Assembly (NCBI GenBank): GCA_028698875.1
Contig: JAQVVR010000009.1
Span: 9,657 to 33,656, forward strand
Direction: 5' to 3'
Length of the DNA stretch: 24,000 nucleotides
DNA from: Candidatus Izemoplasmatales bacterium
GTDB lineage: Bacteria > Bacillota_I > Bacilli_A > Izemoplasmatales > Hujiaoplasmataceae
Shown: positions 1-9,225 of the stretch, piece after piece
Layout of the letters: each line of letters begins with the position of its first letter
Position numbering within the stretch: the first letter of the stretch is position 1
Translations under genes and position numbers: made by a program
Notes under the pieces: model-generated
Told to the model about the DNA's origin: nothing
Seen by the model: only the letters and a program-made list of their open reading frames with translations
Database searches by the model: none

Positions 1-31
1 TTTATTACCATTCGTAAAAGACTAAAAATTC

Positions 32-58
32 AAAAAAGACTCAGTGAGTCTTTTTTTT
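32..58 (+). terminator. Rho-independent terminator of the upstream (off-window) gene, possibly bidirectional
   Basis: Stem AGACTC (37-42) pairs with GAGTCT (46-51) around an AGT loop. It is followed by a T run (52-58) and preceded by an A run (32-36). Confidence 0.6.
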
Positions 59-76
59 ATGACTTTCGGTTTCGAA

Positions 77-105
77 TTTGCAATTTTATCATTATATGAT
101 ATAAT
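77..105 (+). promoter_or_regulatory. Sigma-A-type promoter for gdpP-rplI-dnaB
   Basis: Extended -10 TGaTATAAT (TG 97-98, TATAAT 100-105). A -35-like TTTGCA/TTGCAA lies at 77-83, and the site is about 30 nt upstream of the gdpP RBS. Confidence 0.5.
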
Positions 106-132
106 TATTCTGTTGACGACGAAAGGAGTGCT

Positions 133-2577
133 ATGATGAAAAAGCGTTCAATTGTCATGATTATTTTAACCGTTATTATCTTTTTTTCGTTAAGCATTTT
201 CGGTTTCGTTTATTTATGGTCACTTGACAATCATATTTATATTATTCTTTTTGCATGTTTATTGGCAACAATCATTATAAGTTCATTACTGGTAGCTTTT
301 AGTAATCGCAAACGCGTTGGTAAAATTAGGACACTTGAAGAAAAAATCAAAGAAACTAATCTCCTTTCTCGGCGGTTAAAAAACAGTGAAGATATTGCCC
401 TTAGTTACCTTCCTGTGGGCATGATTCTTTACGACGACAATTTCACAATCACCTGGGCAAATGGAATTGCCAAGGAGTTTTTTTCAAATATTCTTATTGA
501 TCGTAAATTATCTTTCATTCACGATAACTTAAACAATATGATTCAAAAACGGGAAGGGAAATTCCTTTTAAACATCTATGGGAAAGATTATGAAGTCATT
601 CACTATCCCAAAAACAAGTGTGCGTATTTATTCGAAGTCACTGAACGCGAGGATTATAAGAAGCGACTTTACGAAAATACAACCGTTATTGGAATTGTCA
701 ATCTTGATAATCTTGATGAAGCAACGGCCAATATGGATTTACAGATTAAAAATAATATCCAAGGAAAACTATTGGGTGCTATGGATAACTGGTGTCGAAA
801 GTATGACATCTATTTTTTAAATGTTCGACCAGAAAAATCAGTCATTTACATGTCAAAAAAACAATTAGAACAAGTTATGAAAGATGAATTTTCGATTTTA
901 GACGCCATTAATGAAATATCCAATCAAAATGAAGTTAGAGTTACTGTGAGTATGGGCGTTGCTTGTTTTGACACTCAAGCTGATAAACTTGGTGAATTAG
1001 CTGAAGAAGCTTTAAAACTAGCACTTGGACGCGGTGGAGATCAAGTCGTAGTAAATATTCAAAATCAGCCGTTGAAAATGTTTGGTGGTAAAAGCAATAC
1101 CGTCGAAAAACGCACAAAAATCACTGCTCGGATCAATTCTCGTGCCTTTAGCGATCTGATTTCAAAATCAGAAGCGACTTATATAATGCCCCATCATAAT
1201 ACAGATTTAGATGCGTTTGGCTCGGCTATTGGGTTATTACATTTAGCAATTGCTCAAGGTAGGCGATCACGGATTATCATTGATTTTGATCGTATTGATC
1301 ATACCTGTGCCAAAGTCATTGATATGCTAAATCGCGAAGATATCAAATTACTTGAATATCTTATCGATCCCGCAGATGCAATCGATGAGATTACTGCAAA
1401 TAGTCTTTTAGTTTTGGTTGATCATCATAGTCCAACTCAGACCATAGAACCGAAGCTATTAGAAAAAACCAAAAATATTGTCATTATTGATCACCATCGC
1501 CGCATTGACAACTTGCTTTCTGAGGTCAGTTTAAACTATGTTGAACCGTATGCATCATCTTCAGTGGAATTAGTTGTCGAGATGATGGAACTATATAATT
1601 ATGAATTTGAAATTGATGGTTTTGAAACTACCATTATGCTTGCCGGCATGATGATTGATACCAATAACTTTACCTATCGGACTGGGGTGCGAACCTTTGA
1701 GGCGGCGGCCTTATTAAAACGATATGCCGCCGACCCATTTAAAGCTCGGTTGATTCTCCGGGAATCTCTCGATGATATTAAGACTAAATCAAATCTGGTC
1801 AACTCGGCTCAAATTATTGATGATCGGTTTGCAATAGCCACAATGGCTCCTGAAGATAAAACTGATCGAATCCAATTGGCAAAAACCGCTGATGAACTTT
1901 TAGAGATAGATGACATTATTGCGGCATTTGCAATCGGAAACATCGGTAGTGAGACGATTGCCATTTCCGCTCGTTCCATAGATAAGTTCAATGTATCTGT
2001 GATGATGGAACAATTTGGTGGCGGTGGTCATTTGAATAATGCGGCAGCACAGATTACGGGAGGAAATATCCCCGATATCATACAAAAACTCGAAGAAATC
2101 TTGAAATCTTCGTATAAGGAGGATGCAACGATGAAAATTATTTTGATTAAGGATGTCAAAGGCAAAGGTAAAAAAGGTGAAGTAATTGAAGTCGCAACCG
2201 GATATGGAAATTACCTATTGACTTCTAAACAAGCTATTGAAGCTAGCAATTCGAATATTAAGGCGATTGAAGATGAAAAAACTAAAGCTGAAAATGATGC
2301 TTTAGCTGATTTGGAAGCCATGAAGAAACTAAAAGCGGAAATTGAGGACAAACCGATTAAACTATACGTCAAGATTGGTGAATCGGGAAAACTTTTTGGA
2401 GCGATAAACAACAAGCAAATTGCCGAAGAGTATAAAAAGGTCTACAATATTGATATTGATAAACGGAAAATCCTTTTAGAAGATAACATTCATTCTTTGG
2501 GTGTTTATAAGGTAATGGTCAAGCTACACAAGGACGTAACCGCGGTTATTAATTTACAGATTATCGAAGAAAAATAG
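133..2577 (+). CDS. gdpP: GdpP-family c-di-AMP phosphodiesterase (2 N-terminal TM helices, PAS-like region, degenerate GGDEF, DHH/DHHA1). Its frame continues without a stop into rplI. The GdpP-homologous part is 133-2130.
   Basis: RBS AAAGGAG at 122-128. Two hydrophobic N-terminal segments are present. Motifs seen are GRGGDQV (degenerate GGDEF), DHH (VDHHSP, IIDHHRR) and DHHA1 (GGGGH). The 666-aa GdpP part is close to the length of Bacillus GdpP as I recall it. There is no in-frame stop before 2575-2577. Confidence 0.85.
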   Translation: MMKKRSIVMIILTVIIFFSLSIFGFVYLWSLDNHIYIILFACLLATIIISSLLVAFSNRKRVGKIRTLEEKIKETNLLSRRLKNSEDIALSYLPVGMILYDDNFTITWANGIAKEFFSNILIDRKLSFIHDNLNNMIQKREGKFLLNIYGKDYEVIHYPKNKCAYLFEVTEREDYKKRLYENTTVIGIVNLDNLDEATANMDLQIKNNIQGKLLGAMDNWCRKYDIYFLNVRPEKSVIYMSKKQLEQVMKDEFSILDAINEISNQNEVRVTVSMGVACFDTQADKLGELAEEALKLALGRGGDQVVVNIQNQPLKMFGGKSNTVEKRTKITARINSRAFSDLISKSEATYIMPHHNTDLDAFGSAIGLLHLAIAQGRRSRIIIDFDRIDHTCAKVIDMLNREDIKLLEYLIDPADAIDEITANSLLVLVDHHSPTQTIEPKLLEKTKNIVIIDHHRRIDNLLSEVSLNYVEPYASSSVELVVEMMELYNYEFEIDGFETTIMLAGMMIDTNNFTYRTGVRTFEAAALLKRYAADPFKARLILRESLDDIKTKSNLVNSAQIIDDRFAIATMAPEDKTDRIQLAKTADELLEIDDIIAAFAIGNIGSETIAISARSIDKFNVSVMMEQFGGGGHLNNAAAQITGGNIPDIIQKLEEILKSSYKEDATMKIILIKDVKGKGKKGEVIEVATGYGNYLLTSKQAIEASNSNIKAIEDEKTKAENDALADLEAMKKLKAEIEDKPIKLYVKIGESGKLFGAINNKQIAEEYKKVYNIDIDKRKILLEDNIHSLGVYKVMVKLHKDVTAVINLQIIEEK
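2131..2577 (+). CDS. rplI: 50S ribosomal protein L9
   Basis: The translation MKIILIKDVKGKGKKGEVIEV...GYGNYL is the canonical L9 N-terminus. Its own RBS AAGGAGG (2116-2122) lies 8 nt before the ATG at 2131. The 148-aa length is typical. The gdpP-rplI-dnaB order is the conserved Firmicute synteny. Confidence 0.9.
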   Translation: MKIILIKDVKGKGKKGEVIEVATGYGNYLLTSKQAIEASNSNIKAIEDEKTKAENDALADLEAMKKLKAEIEDKPIKLYVKIGESGKLFGAINNKQIAEEYKKVYNIDIDKRKILLEDNIHSLGVYKVMVKLHKDVTAVINLQIIEEK

Positions 2578-2603
2578 GATTTACCCCGAAACGGAGGATC
2601 GCC

Positions 2604-3968
2604 ATGGAACAAAAAATCCCACAAAACATTGAAGCCGAACAAGCGGTACTTGGTTCCGTTTTCTTCGAACAAGGGTCGATAAAAACCATCCTTGACAAGC
2701 TGCAGCAACAGGATTTCTATTCTCCTAATCATCAGGTATTGTATACCATAATGAGCGATTTGCATCATGAAGATATCTTCATTGATTATACGACACTCAT
2801 TGATCGTTTGGAAAACAGGAATTTACTCGCAAAAGCTGGAGGAGTTGAGTACATAGCCGGATTGATTGATGCTGTTCCTTCAACCGCCAATCTCCTCAAC
2901 TATATTAACATTGTCAAAGACAAATCGATTACCCGAAGAATTCAAGATACCTGTCGGGAAATCATCGAAAATTCTTATTCTATTGACAACACTCCCGCAT
3001 TTATCGATGATGTCGAAAAAAAGATTATCGGTATTACAAAAGATAAACGAACCAGTGATTTCAAGGGTGTTGGTGAAATTGCCAATCTATTAATTGGTAA
3101 AATCGCAGAACAAGCTCAGATTGGTGGCAATGTCACTGGACTAGACACCCGGTATTATGAATTTAACCATTATACCTTAGGTCTACAAAAATCAGATTTA
3201 CTGATCATTGCTGCTCGTCCGTCAATGGGCAAAACCGCATTTGCTTTAAACATTGCGTTAAATGTTGCCAAATCCAAGAACCGTCCGCATGTTGCTTTTT
3301 TCTCTTTAGAAATGGGCGTTGACCAATTAGTAATGCGGTTGCTTTCTTGTGAAGCTCAGGTTGATAATTTTAAACTCCGTCAAGGAAAACTTACGCCGCA
3401 AGAATGGGAAAAAATCCATTTTGCCGTCAGCAGTCTTTCCGGATTGAATCTATATTTTGATGATTCAGGAACGGTCAAAGTAACTGATCTTCGGAGTAAA
3501 TGCCGCAAACTGAAACAAGAAGAAAAACTTGATTTGATTGTTGTTGACTATTTGCAATTACTCAGTGGTTCACAAACAAACCAGGCCAACCGCGTTCAAG
3601 AGGTTTCGGAAATTAGCCGGGTTTTAAAAGAAGTAGCTCGCGAATTAAAGGTTCCTGTTGTTGCATTGTCCCAATTATCGCGGAATGTTGAAATGCGGAA
3701 AGAGAAGAAGCCAGTCATGGCTGATTTGCGTGAATCGGGGTCAATTGAGCAAGATGCAGACATTGTAATGTTCTTATATCGAGAAGATTACTATGATCAG
3801 GAGACCACGAAGAAGAACCATGTCGAAGTAAGTATTGCCAAAAACCGTTCCGGTACGATTGGGGAATTCGAATTGTTATTTAATAAGAATATGTCCACAT
3901 TCAGTAATCTAAGCACTAGTAATGCGCAAGATACATACGATAAAGACCAAGCCAAAGAAGATTACTAG
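2604..3968 (+). CDS. dnaB: Replicative DNA helicase (DnaB family; named DnaC in B. subtilis)
   Basis: RBS GGAGG at 2593-2597. The N-terminus PQNIEAEQAVLGS is characteristic. Walker A is ARPSMGKTAF, followed by SLEM, the Walker B-like VVDYLQL, and ESGSIEQDAD. Confidence 0.95.
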   Translation: MEQKIPQNIEAEQAVLGSVFFEQGSIKTILDKLQQQDFYSPNHQVLYTIMSDLHHEDIFIDYTTLIDRLENRNLLAKAGGVEYIAGLIDAVPSTANLLNYINIVKDKSITRRIQDTCREIIENSYSIDNTPAFIDDVEKKIIGITKDKRTSDFKGVGEIANLLIGKIAEQAQIGGNVTGLDTRYYEFNHYTLGLQKSDLLIIAARPSMGKTAFALNIALNVAKSKNRPHVAFFSLEMGVDQLVMRLLSCEAQVDNFKLRQGKLTPQEWEKIHFAVSSLSGLNLYFDDSGTVKVTDLRSKCRKLKQEEKLDLIVVDYLQLLSGSQTNQANRVQEVSEISRVLKEVARELKVPVVALSQLSRNVEMRKEKKPVMADLRESGSIEQDADIVMFLYREDYYDQETTKKNHVEVSIAKNRSGTIGEFELLFNKNMSTFSNLSTSNAQDTYDKDQAKEDY

Positions 3969-3987
3969 CGGTCGAAAGACCGTTTTT
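3969..3987 (+). terminator. Short Rho-independent terminator after dnaB
   Basis: CGGTC (3969-3973), GAAA loop, GACCG (3978-3982), then TTTTT. The stem is only 5 bp, so it may be leaky. Confidence 0.45.
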
Positions 3988-3989
3988 CT

Positions 3990-4017
3990 TTGCTGGATTC
4001 AACATTTATTGTACAAT
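3990..4017 (+). promoter_or_regulatory. Candidate promoter for prfA-prmC
   Basis: TTGCTG (3990-3995), 16-nt spacer, TACAAT (4012-4017). Confidence 0.4.
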
Positions 4018-4049
4018 ATCAAAATCTTATTAGTGATCAGGAGAACATT

Positions 4050-5120
4050 ATGTTAAACGAAAGATTAGATCAAATTGAAGAACGTTTTACCACAGTTACG
4101 CAACAGTTATCCGACGTCAATATCGCCACGGATCGCCAACGCGTTCGTGAGCTTTCTAAAGAACACAAGGCTTTAGAAAAAATTGTTGTGGTTTATCAAC
4201 AATACAAAAGCTGTCTCAAACAACTCGATGGTATCAAAGATATGACTCATGATGATGACTTAGAAATTCGGGAAATGGCAGAAATCGAATCCACAGCTTT
4301 GAAGACCAAAATAAACACATATGAAGAAACGTTAAAACTAATGCTAATACCAAAAGATCCCGCCGATGAAAAAAATGTTATTATGGAAATCCACGGTGCT
4401 GCTGGTGGCGATGAAGCCAACATTTTTGCCGGCGATCTCTTCCGGATGTATACTAAGTATGCGGAGTCACGTGGTTGGAAAGTTGCGGTAATGTTTGCGG
4501 ACGTTTCCGAAATGGGCGGATTTTCACAAATTGAATTTTCCGTCAGTGGCGATTCAGTCTATTCATATATGAAGTATGAATCTGGTGTTCACCGGGTTCA
4601 ACGCGTTCCCCAAACCGAAGCATCGGGACGAATTCATACTTCAACAGCGACCGTTTTAGCGCTTCCGGAAGCGGAAGAACTGGATTTTGAGTTGGATATG
4701 AATGATATTCGTATCGATATATTCTGTTCTTCTGGGCCGGGAGGACAATCGGTCAACACCACAAAATCAGCAGTTCGGTTAACTCACATTCCTACAGGAA
4801 TGGTTGTTCAATGCCAAGATGAAAAAAGCCAGCAGGAAAACAAAGCCTCGGCGTTAAAAAACTTAAGATCGCGTCTATATGACTTGGCTTTACAAGAAAA
4901 ACTGGACAAAGAGGGCGAAGAACGAAAAAGTAAAATTGGGACCGGTGATCGTTCCGAGAAAATTCGCACCTATAATTATCCACAGAATCGAGTAACCGAC
5001 CATCGAATAAACTTTACCATTCAACAATTAGACCGGGTCATGGAAGGCAAGCTTGATTCAATTCTTGATGCTTTGCAAGCCGAAGAACAACGGCGAATCC
5101 TTTCTAAGCAGGAAGAATAA
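4050..5120 (+). CDS. prfA: Peptide chain release factor 1
   Basis: ATG at 4050 is preceded by AGGAG (4039-4043). The N-terminus MLNERLDQIEERF is RF1-like. The GGQ motif (SSGPGGQSVNTT) and a PxT-type anticodon motif (PQT) are present. The TTG at 3990 in the ORF track lies in the terminator/promoter region and is rejected. Confidence 0.93.
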   Translation: MLNERLDQIEERFTTVTQQLSDVNIATDRQRVRELSKEHKALEKIVVVYQQYKSCLKQLDGIKDMTHDDDLEIREMAEIESTALKTKINTYEETLKLMLIPKDPADEKNVIMEIHGAAGGDEANIFAGDLFRMYTKYAESRGWKVAVMFADVSEMGGFSQIEFSVSGDSVYSYMKYESGVHRVQRVPQTEASGRIHTSTATVLALPEAEELDFELDMNDIRIDIFCSSGPGGQSVNTTKSAVRLTHIPTGMVVQCQDEKSQQENKASALKNLRSRLYDLALQEKLDKEGEERKSKIGTGDRSEKIRTYNYPQNRVTDHRINFTIQQLDRVMEGKLDSILDALQAEEQRRILSKQEE

Positions 5121-5121
5121 T

Positions 5122-5967
5122 ATGGCTCTATATTCTGCTGTATTACGCATGGGAGAGAAACTGGCTCGAGCACAGGGAATGGAAACATCGGGCATCAAAC
5201 TACTTTTAATGCATTTCTCCCGAAAAACACCAACCCAACTATATCTTGATATCGACCAAGAAATGCCGGAAGTAGATCAAGTTGCCTTCATGGATGCTGT
5301 TGATCTGTATGTGAATCATCATCGTCCAGTTCAATATATTATGGGATATGTCTCATTTTATGGCTATGATTTTATCGTTAATGAGGCCGTTTTAATTCCC
5401 CGTTTTGAAACCGAAGAACTAGTTGCCAATGTTTTAATTCAGTATGATGAAGTTTTTTCTGGTGAACCGGTGAAACTCGTTGACATCGGAACAGGATCGG
5501 GGTGTTTGGCAATTACTTTTGCCAAAGAAGAACCCCAGATTGAAGTGACTGCCACCGACATTAGCGAAGCCGCTTTGATAGTTGCCAAACAAAATGCCAA
5601 TCGACTGGGGGCCCATATTTCGTTGCTTCAAGGTGATATGCTTACTCCCATCAAGAACATGAAATTCGATATTATTGTTTCTAATCCCCCGTATATACCG
5701 GATACTGAGATGGTGGATGATATTATTAAGGATAACGAACCTAATATTGCTTTATTCGGTGGCTACGATGGACTGAAATTTTATCGAATTATCATTGAAG
5801 AAGCGCAAAAAGTTTTAAATCCGCGTTTTATTATGGCATTCGAACATGGATTTGATAAAGCCGAAGAAATTCGTGCATTAGCACTAAAATATTATCCGAA
5901 TGCAGACATTTTCACAATCAAAGACATGCAAAATAAAGATCGTATGACATTTATTGTAAATAAATAA
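5122..5967 (+). CDS. prmC: Release-factor glutamine N5-methyltransferase PrmC/HemK
   Basis: ATG at 5122 lies 1 nt after the prfA stop, with RBS AGGAAG upstream. The SAM-binding motif VDIGTGSGC and the catalytic NPPY (IVSNPPYIP) are present. prfA-prmC synteny is conserved. Confidence 0.9.
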   Translation: MALYSAVLRMGEKLARAQGMETSGIKLLLMHFSRKTPTQLYLDIDQEMPEVDQVAFMDAVDLYVNHHRPVQYIMGYVSFYGYDFIVNEAVLIPRFETEELVANVLIQYDEVFSGEPVKLVDIGTGSGCLAITFAKEEPQIEVTATDISEAALIVAKQNANRLGAHISLLQGDMLTPIKNMKFDIIVSNPPYIPDTEMVDDIIKDNEPNIALFGGYDGLKFYRIIIEEAQKVLNPRFIMAFEHGFDKAEEIRALALKYYPNADIFTIKDMQNKDRMTFIVNK

Positions 5968-5980
5968 ATGTCTTTTTTTT
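5946..5980 (+). terminator. AT-rich Rho-independent terminator overlapping the prmC stop
   Basis: GACATTTA (5946-5953) pairs with TAAATGTC (5965-5972), followed by a T8 run (5973-5980). Confidence 0.5.
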
Positions 5981-5995
5981 ATCAAAACAAAGGTG

Positions 5996-6024
5996 TTGAC
6001 AAGCATAAGATTATTGCGTATAGT
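5996..6024 (+). promoter_or_regulatory. Consensus-like promoter for topA
   Basis: TTGACA (5996-6001), 17-nt spacer, TATAGT (6019-6024). Confidence 0.65.
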
Positions 6025-6050
6025 AATATACTGAAACGGAGTAGATACAT

Positions 6051-8126
6051 ATGACAAAAAAATTAGTAATCGTCGAATCACCATCCAAATCGAAAACCAT
6101 TGAACAATATTTAGGCGAAGAATATACAGTTAAATCGTCTAAAGGTCATGTTCGTGATCTAGCAATTGCTGGTGCTGGCGGGTTAGGAATCGATATCAAC
6201 AACGATTTCAAACCGCAGTATGACATCATTCCCGATAAAAAAGGGACTGTCAAGGAACTCAATGATGCAGCTAAAAAAGCCAATGAAATCTTTTTAGCAA
6301 CCGACCCTGATCGGGAAGGGGAGGCCATCTCGTGGCATCTTAATGCAATTCTTGATACTAAAAACAAAATTGTCAAACGTGTTATTTTTAATGAAATAAC
6401 AAAAGTTGCGATTTTAGAGGCTTTTGAGCACCCTAAAGACATTGACGAAAACCTAGTTTCTTCCCAAGAAACCCGACGCATCATTGATAGGATTATTGGA
6501 TTTAAACTAAGCAAATTGCTGCAAAACAAAATAAAATCCAAATCCGCCGGACGGGTTCAAAGCGCAGCCTTAAAGATTATTGTTGACCGCGAAAATGAAA
6601 TCGATAAATTCATAGCTGAAGAATATTACGAAATATATGCGCAATACCCAACTTTTACCGCCCAATTATATAAATATAAAGATAAGCCCATTAAAATCGG
6701 TAAAGCTGAAGTGGCGGATGCCATTATTAACTCATTAAATGCGGATTTTACTGTTCAATCACTGGATTTAAAAAACAAATTCGTGGAAAGTCGTCCCCCC
6801 TTTATTACCTCTACATTACAACAGGATGCTTCCAATCGATACGGATTTTCCGCTACTAAAACGATGCAAGTAGCACAACGATTATATGAAGGTGTTGAAA
6901 CTGATACTGAAAAAGTTGGGTTAATATCGTATATGCGGACCGATTCTATTCGCTTATCTGATTCTTTCATATCAAGCGCTACTAATTTTATTGTCAATAA
7001 ATTTGGCAAACAATATCTCGGATCTGTCAAAAAAGCAACAAGCCATGGAAATATTCAAGATGCACATGAAGCGATAAGACCAACCGATTTGAGTCGAACA
7101 CCAGAAAGTTTAAAGTCACATTTGTCACGCGATGAATATAATTTGTATCATATGATATATGCCAGAGCAGTTGCTTCCTTAATGAAGCCCACTTGTTTAG
7201 AACAAAAAACACTAATTTTAAGGAACAATGAAGCTTTATTTAAAACGGTATCATATAAACAATTATTCGATGGTTATCTGGCCATCTATTCTAAATATGA
7301 AAGCGCTGAAGAAGATCGGAAAAATGTCATTCCTGACTTATCGATAGGAACATCAATTCTCCCCTTGTCAGTGGAAAAAAAGCAATGCTTTACCCAACCG
7401 CCACTTCGGTATACAGAGGCGCGACTTATCAAGGAAATGGAAGATCTTGGCATTGGCAGACCTTCAACTTATGCTTCGACGATAGCTACCATTCGCGAAC
7501 GGAAATACGCGACAATAAGTGAAAAAAAGTTTGTTCCAACTGAACAAGGACGAATGACAATTGCGGAACTCGATCAATATTTTGCGGAATTTGTCAGTGC
7601 CGATTATTCAAAGGCCATGGAAAACATCCTTGATGAAATCGCCGAAGGCAAAGGGTCACAGTTAGTAACAATTCGGGACTTTTATAATTATTTTATTCCG
7701 CTAATCGATTTTGCCAGTAAAAACATGATAAGAGTAAAACCAACATCAACAGGAGAGGTCTGCCCCAAATGCGGATCACCGATGGTGTTTCGGAAAGGCA
7801 AATTTGGCGAATTTGAAGCATGTAGTGATTTTCCAACATGTAAGTATATAAAACCATCCGAAAAAATCAAAAAACCTACAACTATGGTTCTTGATACCGA
7901 AGTTATCTGCCCACAGTGTCATAAAGGGCATTTAGTTGAACGCACTGCTGGAAAAGGGAAGAATAAAGGCAGTAAATTTTATGCGTGCAGTAACTTCCCT
8001 AAATGTAAATATATCTCCCCATATAGCGCTACCAATCGAGTTTGCCCAGTATGCGGACGACCGCTTGTAGAAAATGAGGGCAAAACCTTTTGTATCAACA
8101 CCACTAATTGCGGTTATCAAGAATAA
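6051..8126 (+). CDS. topA: DNA topoisomerase I (type IA) with three C-terminal Cys4 zinc ribbons
   Basis: The Toprim N-terminus is KLVIVESPSKSKTI...DPDREGEAI. The active-site region is ISYMRTDS. C-terminal CPKC...CSDFPTC, CPQC...CSNFPKC and CPVC...C motifs are present. Confidence 0.95.
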   Translation: MTKKLVIVESPSKSKTIEQYLGEEYTVKSSKGHVRDLAIAGAGGLGIDINNDFKPQYDIIPDKKGTVKELNDAAKKANEIFLATDPDREGEAISWHLNAILDTKNKIVKRVIFNEITKVAILEAFEHPKDIDENLVSSQETRRIIDRIIGFKLSKLLQNKIKSKSAGRVQSAALKIIVDRENEIDKFIAEEYYEIYAQYPTFTAQLYKYKDKPIKIGKAEVADAIINSLNADFTVQSLDLKNKFVESRPPFITSTLQQDASNRYGFSATKTMQVAQRLYEGVETDTEKVGLISYMRTDSIRLSDSFISSATNFIVNKFGKQYLGSVKKATSHGNIQDAHEAIRPTDLSRTPESLKSHLSRDEYNLYHMIYARAVASLMKPTCLEQKTLILRNNEALFKTVSYKQLFDGYLAIYSKYESAEEDRKNVIPDLSIGTSILPLSVEKKQCFTQPPLRYTEARLIKEMEDLGIGRPSTYASTIATIRERKYATISEKKFVPTEQGRMTIAELDQYFAEFVSADYSKAMENILDEIAEGKGSQLVTIRDFYNYFIPLIDFASKNMIRVKPTSTGEVCPKCGSPMVFRKGKFGEFEACSDFPTCKYIKPSEKIKKPTTMVLDTEVICPQCHKGHLVERTAGKGKNKGSKFYACSNFPKCKYISPYSATNRVCPVCGRPLVENEGKTFCINTTNCGYQE

Positions 8127-8149
8127 GAGATTAATATCAATTAGCAAAT

Positions 8150-8176
8150 ATCCGTCCTTTCAGGGCGGATGTTTTT
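8150..8176 (+). terminator. Rho-independent terminator after topA
   Basis: 8150-8157 (ATCCGTCC) pairs with 8163-8170 (GGGCGGAT), including one G-U pair, around a TTTCA loop. TTTTT follows at 8172-8176. Confidence 0.7.
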
Positions 8177-8209
8177 GAAGAACAATACTATCCAATATCC
8201 ATAAATCTG

Positions 8210-8218
8210 TGATATAAT
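8210..8218 (+). promoter_or_regulatory. Extended -10 promoter element for ftsY-ylxM-ffh
   Basis: TGaTATAAT (TG 8210-8211, TATAAT 8213-8218). No good -35 is present. Confidence 0.45.
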
Positions 8219-8242
8219 ACTTCATGCAAAGCAGGTGAAACC

Positions 8243-9214
8243 ATGGGACTCTTCGCAAATCTATTTGCCGGTAAAGACCGAAAAGCTAAAGCTGAAAAGT
8301 ATAAAATCGGTATGGAAAAAACCCGTAAGGGCTCTCTTTCATCATTAAAAAATGTACTCATCAATGCCAATAAAATCGATGACAGTCTTTATGATAAACT
8401 CGAAGAGATTTTTGTGATGGCCGACATTGGTGTTGATACCACGGTGGTTTTCATCTCGGAACTAAAAAAAGAAGTCAAAAATCGCCACATAGAAAATCCG
8501 AAAGAATTAGAAAATATTATTGTCGATAAATTATTTGATATTTATTTAAAAGGACAAATTGTCAACACAAATATCAAGTATAACCCGTTAGGCTTGACCG
8601 TTATTTTATTTGTTGGTGTCAACGGCACTGGAAAGACTACTTCGATTGCCAAAATGGCCCATCTGATTAAATCAGAGGGGAAATCAGTAATGCTGGCAGC
8701 TGGTGATACGTTTCGCGCCGGAGCCATCGATCAATTGAAAATATGGGGTGGACGCATTGGCTGTCAGGTAATCACTAAGCCAGACAGTAATGATCCATCG
8801 AGTGTTATTTTCGATGCTATTCGGGCAGCCAAAGAGCAAAACATTGATGTGTTGCTATGCGACACTGCCGGTCGATTGCAAAATAAAGTTAATCTCATGA
8901 ATGAACTCAATAAAATTAGTCGGACAATTAATCGAGAAATGGGCTCAGTTCAACATGAGACATACCTTGTTATTGATGCAACGACAGGACAAAACGGATT
9001 AAGTCAAGCCAAAATCTTTTCCGAGGTTACGAAAGTATCAGGTATCGTGTTAACAAAGCTAGATGGCACGGCAAAAGGTGGAATCGTTTTAGCGATCCGC
9101 AATGAACTTGGCATTCCCATCAGTTTTGTGGGGATGGGAGAAAAAATAACTGATTTGATGTATTTTGATATTGAAGATTATATATACGGCTTGTTTGCCG
9201 ATTTCTTTGAATAG
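8243..9214 (+). CDS. ftsY: Signal recognition particle receptor FtsY
   Basis: The SRP-GTPase motifs are GVNGTGKTTS (G1), DTFRAGA, DTAGR (G3) and TKLDG (G4). RBS AGGTGA precedes the ATG. Confidence 0.95.
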   Translation: MGLFANLFAGKDRKAKAEKYKIGMEKTRKGSLSSLKNVLINANKIDDSLYDKLEEIFVMADIGVDTTVVFISELKKEVKNRHIENPKELENIIVDKLFDIYLKGQIVNTNIKYNPLGLTVILFVGVNGTGKTTSIAKMAHLIKSEGKSVMLAAGDTFRAGAIDQLKIWGGRIGCQVITKPDSNDPSSVIFDAIRAAKEQNIDVLLCDTAGRLQNKVNLMNELNKISRTINREMGSVQHETYLVIDATTGQNGLSQAKIFSEVTKVSGIVLTKLDGTAKGGIVLAIRNELGIPISFVGMGEKITDLMYFDIEDYIYGLFADFFE

Positions 9215-9225
9215 AGGTATGATTT

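Noticed and set aside
3990-4049. 5'-extended starts offered by the ORF track: prfA 3990, prmC 5053, ffh 9506, ftsK 12721, rbgA 15823, rnhB 16598, pyrH 22488, Cof-HAD 11904 and membrane protein 11961.
   Set aside because: The extensions run through upstream genes, terminator hairpins or the RBS itself. In each case an internal start has a proper Shine-Dalgarno sequence at 5-9 nt and reproduces the canonical family N-terminus.
4600-4625. The RF1 anticodon-mimic tripeptide reads PQT rather than the PAT/PVT I remember from model organisms.
   Set aside because: The motif is defined as PxT with a variable middle residue. The flanking residues (RVQRVP-TE-SGRIHTS) are canonical. There is no basis for inferring altered stop-codon recognition, and TAA, TAG and TGA all terminate genes in this window.
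6146-6541. Long antisense or nested ORFs in the six-frame track. Examples are 6146-6541(-), 16056-16448(-), 21554-21883(-), 22319-22606(-), 23224-23616(-), 578-820(+) and 12846-13156.
   Set aside because: Each lies entirely inside a well-supported conserved CDS on the opposite strand or in another frame. Their translations are low-complexity with no recognisable motif, RBS or promoter. They are typical shadow ORFs.
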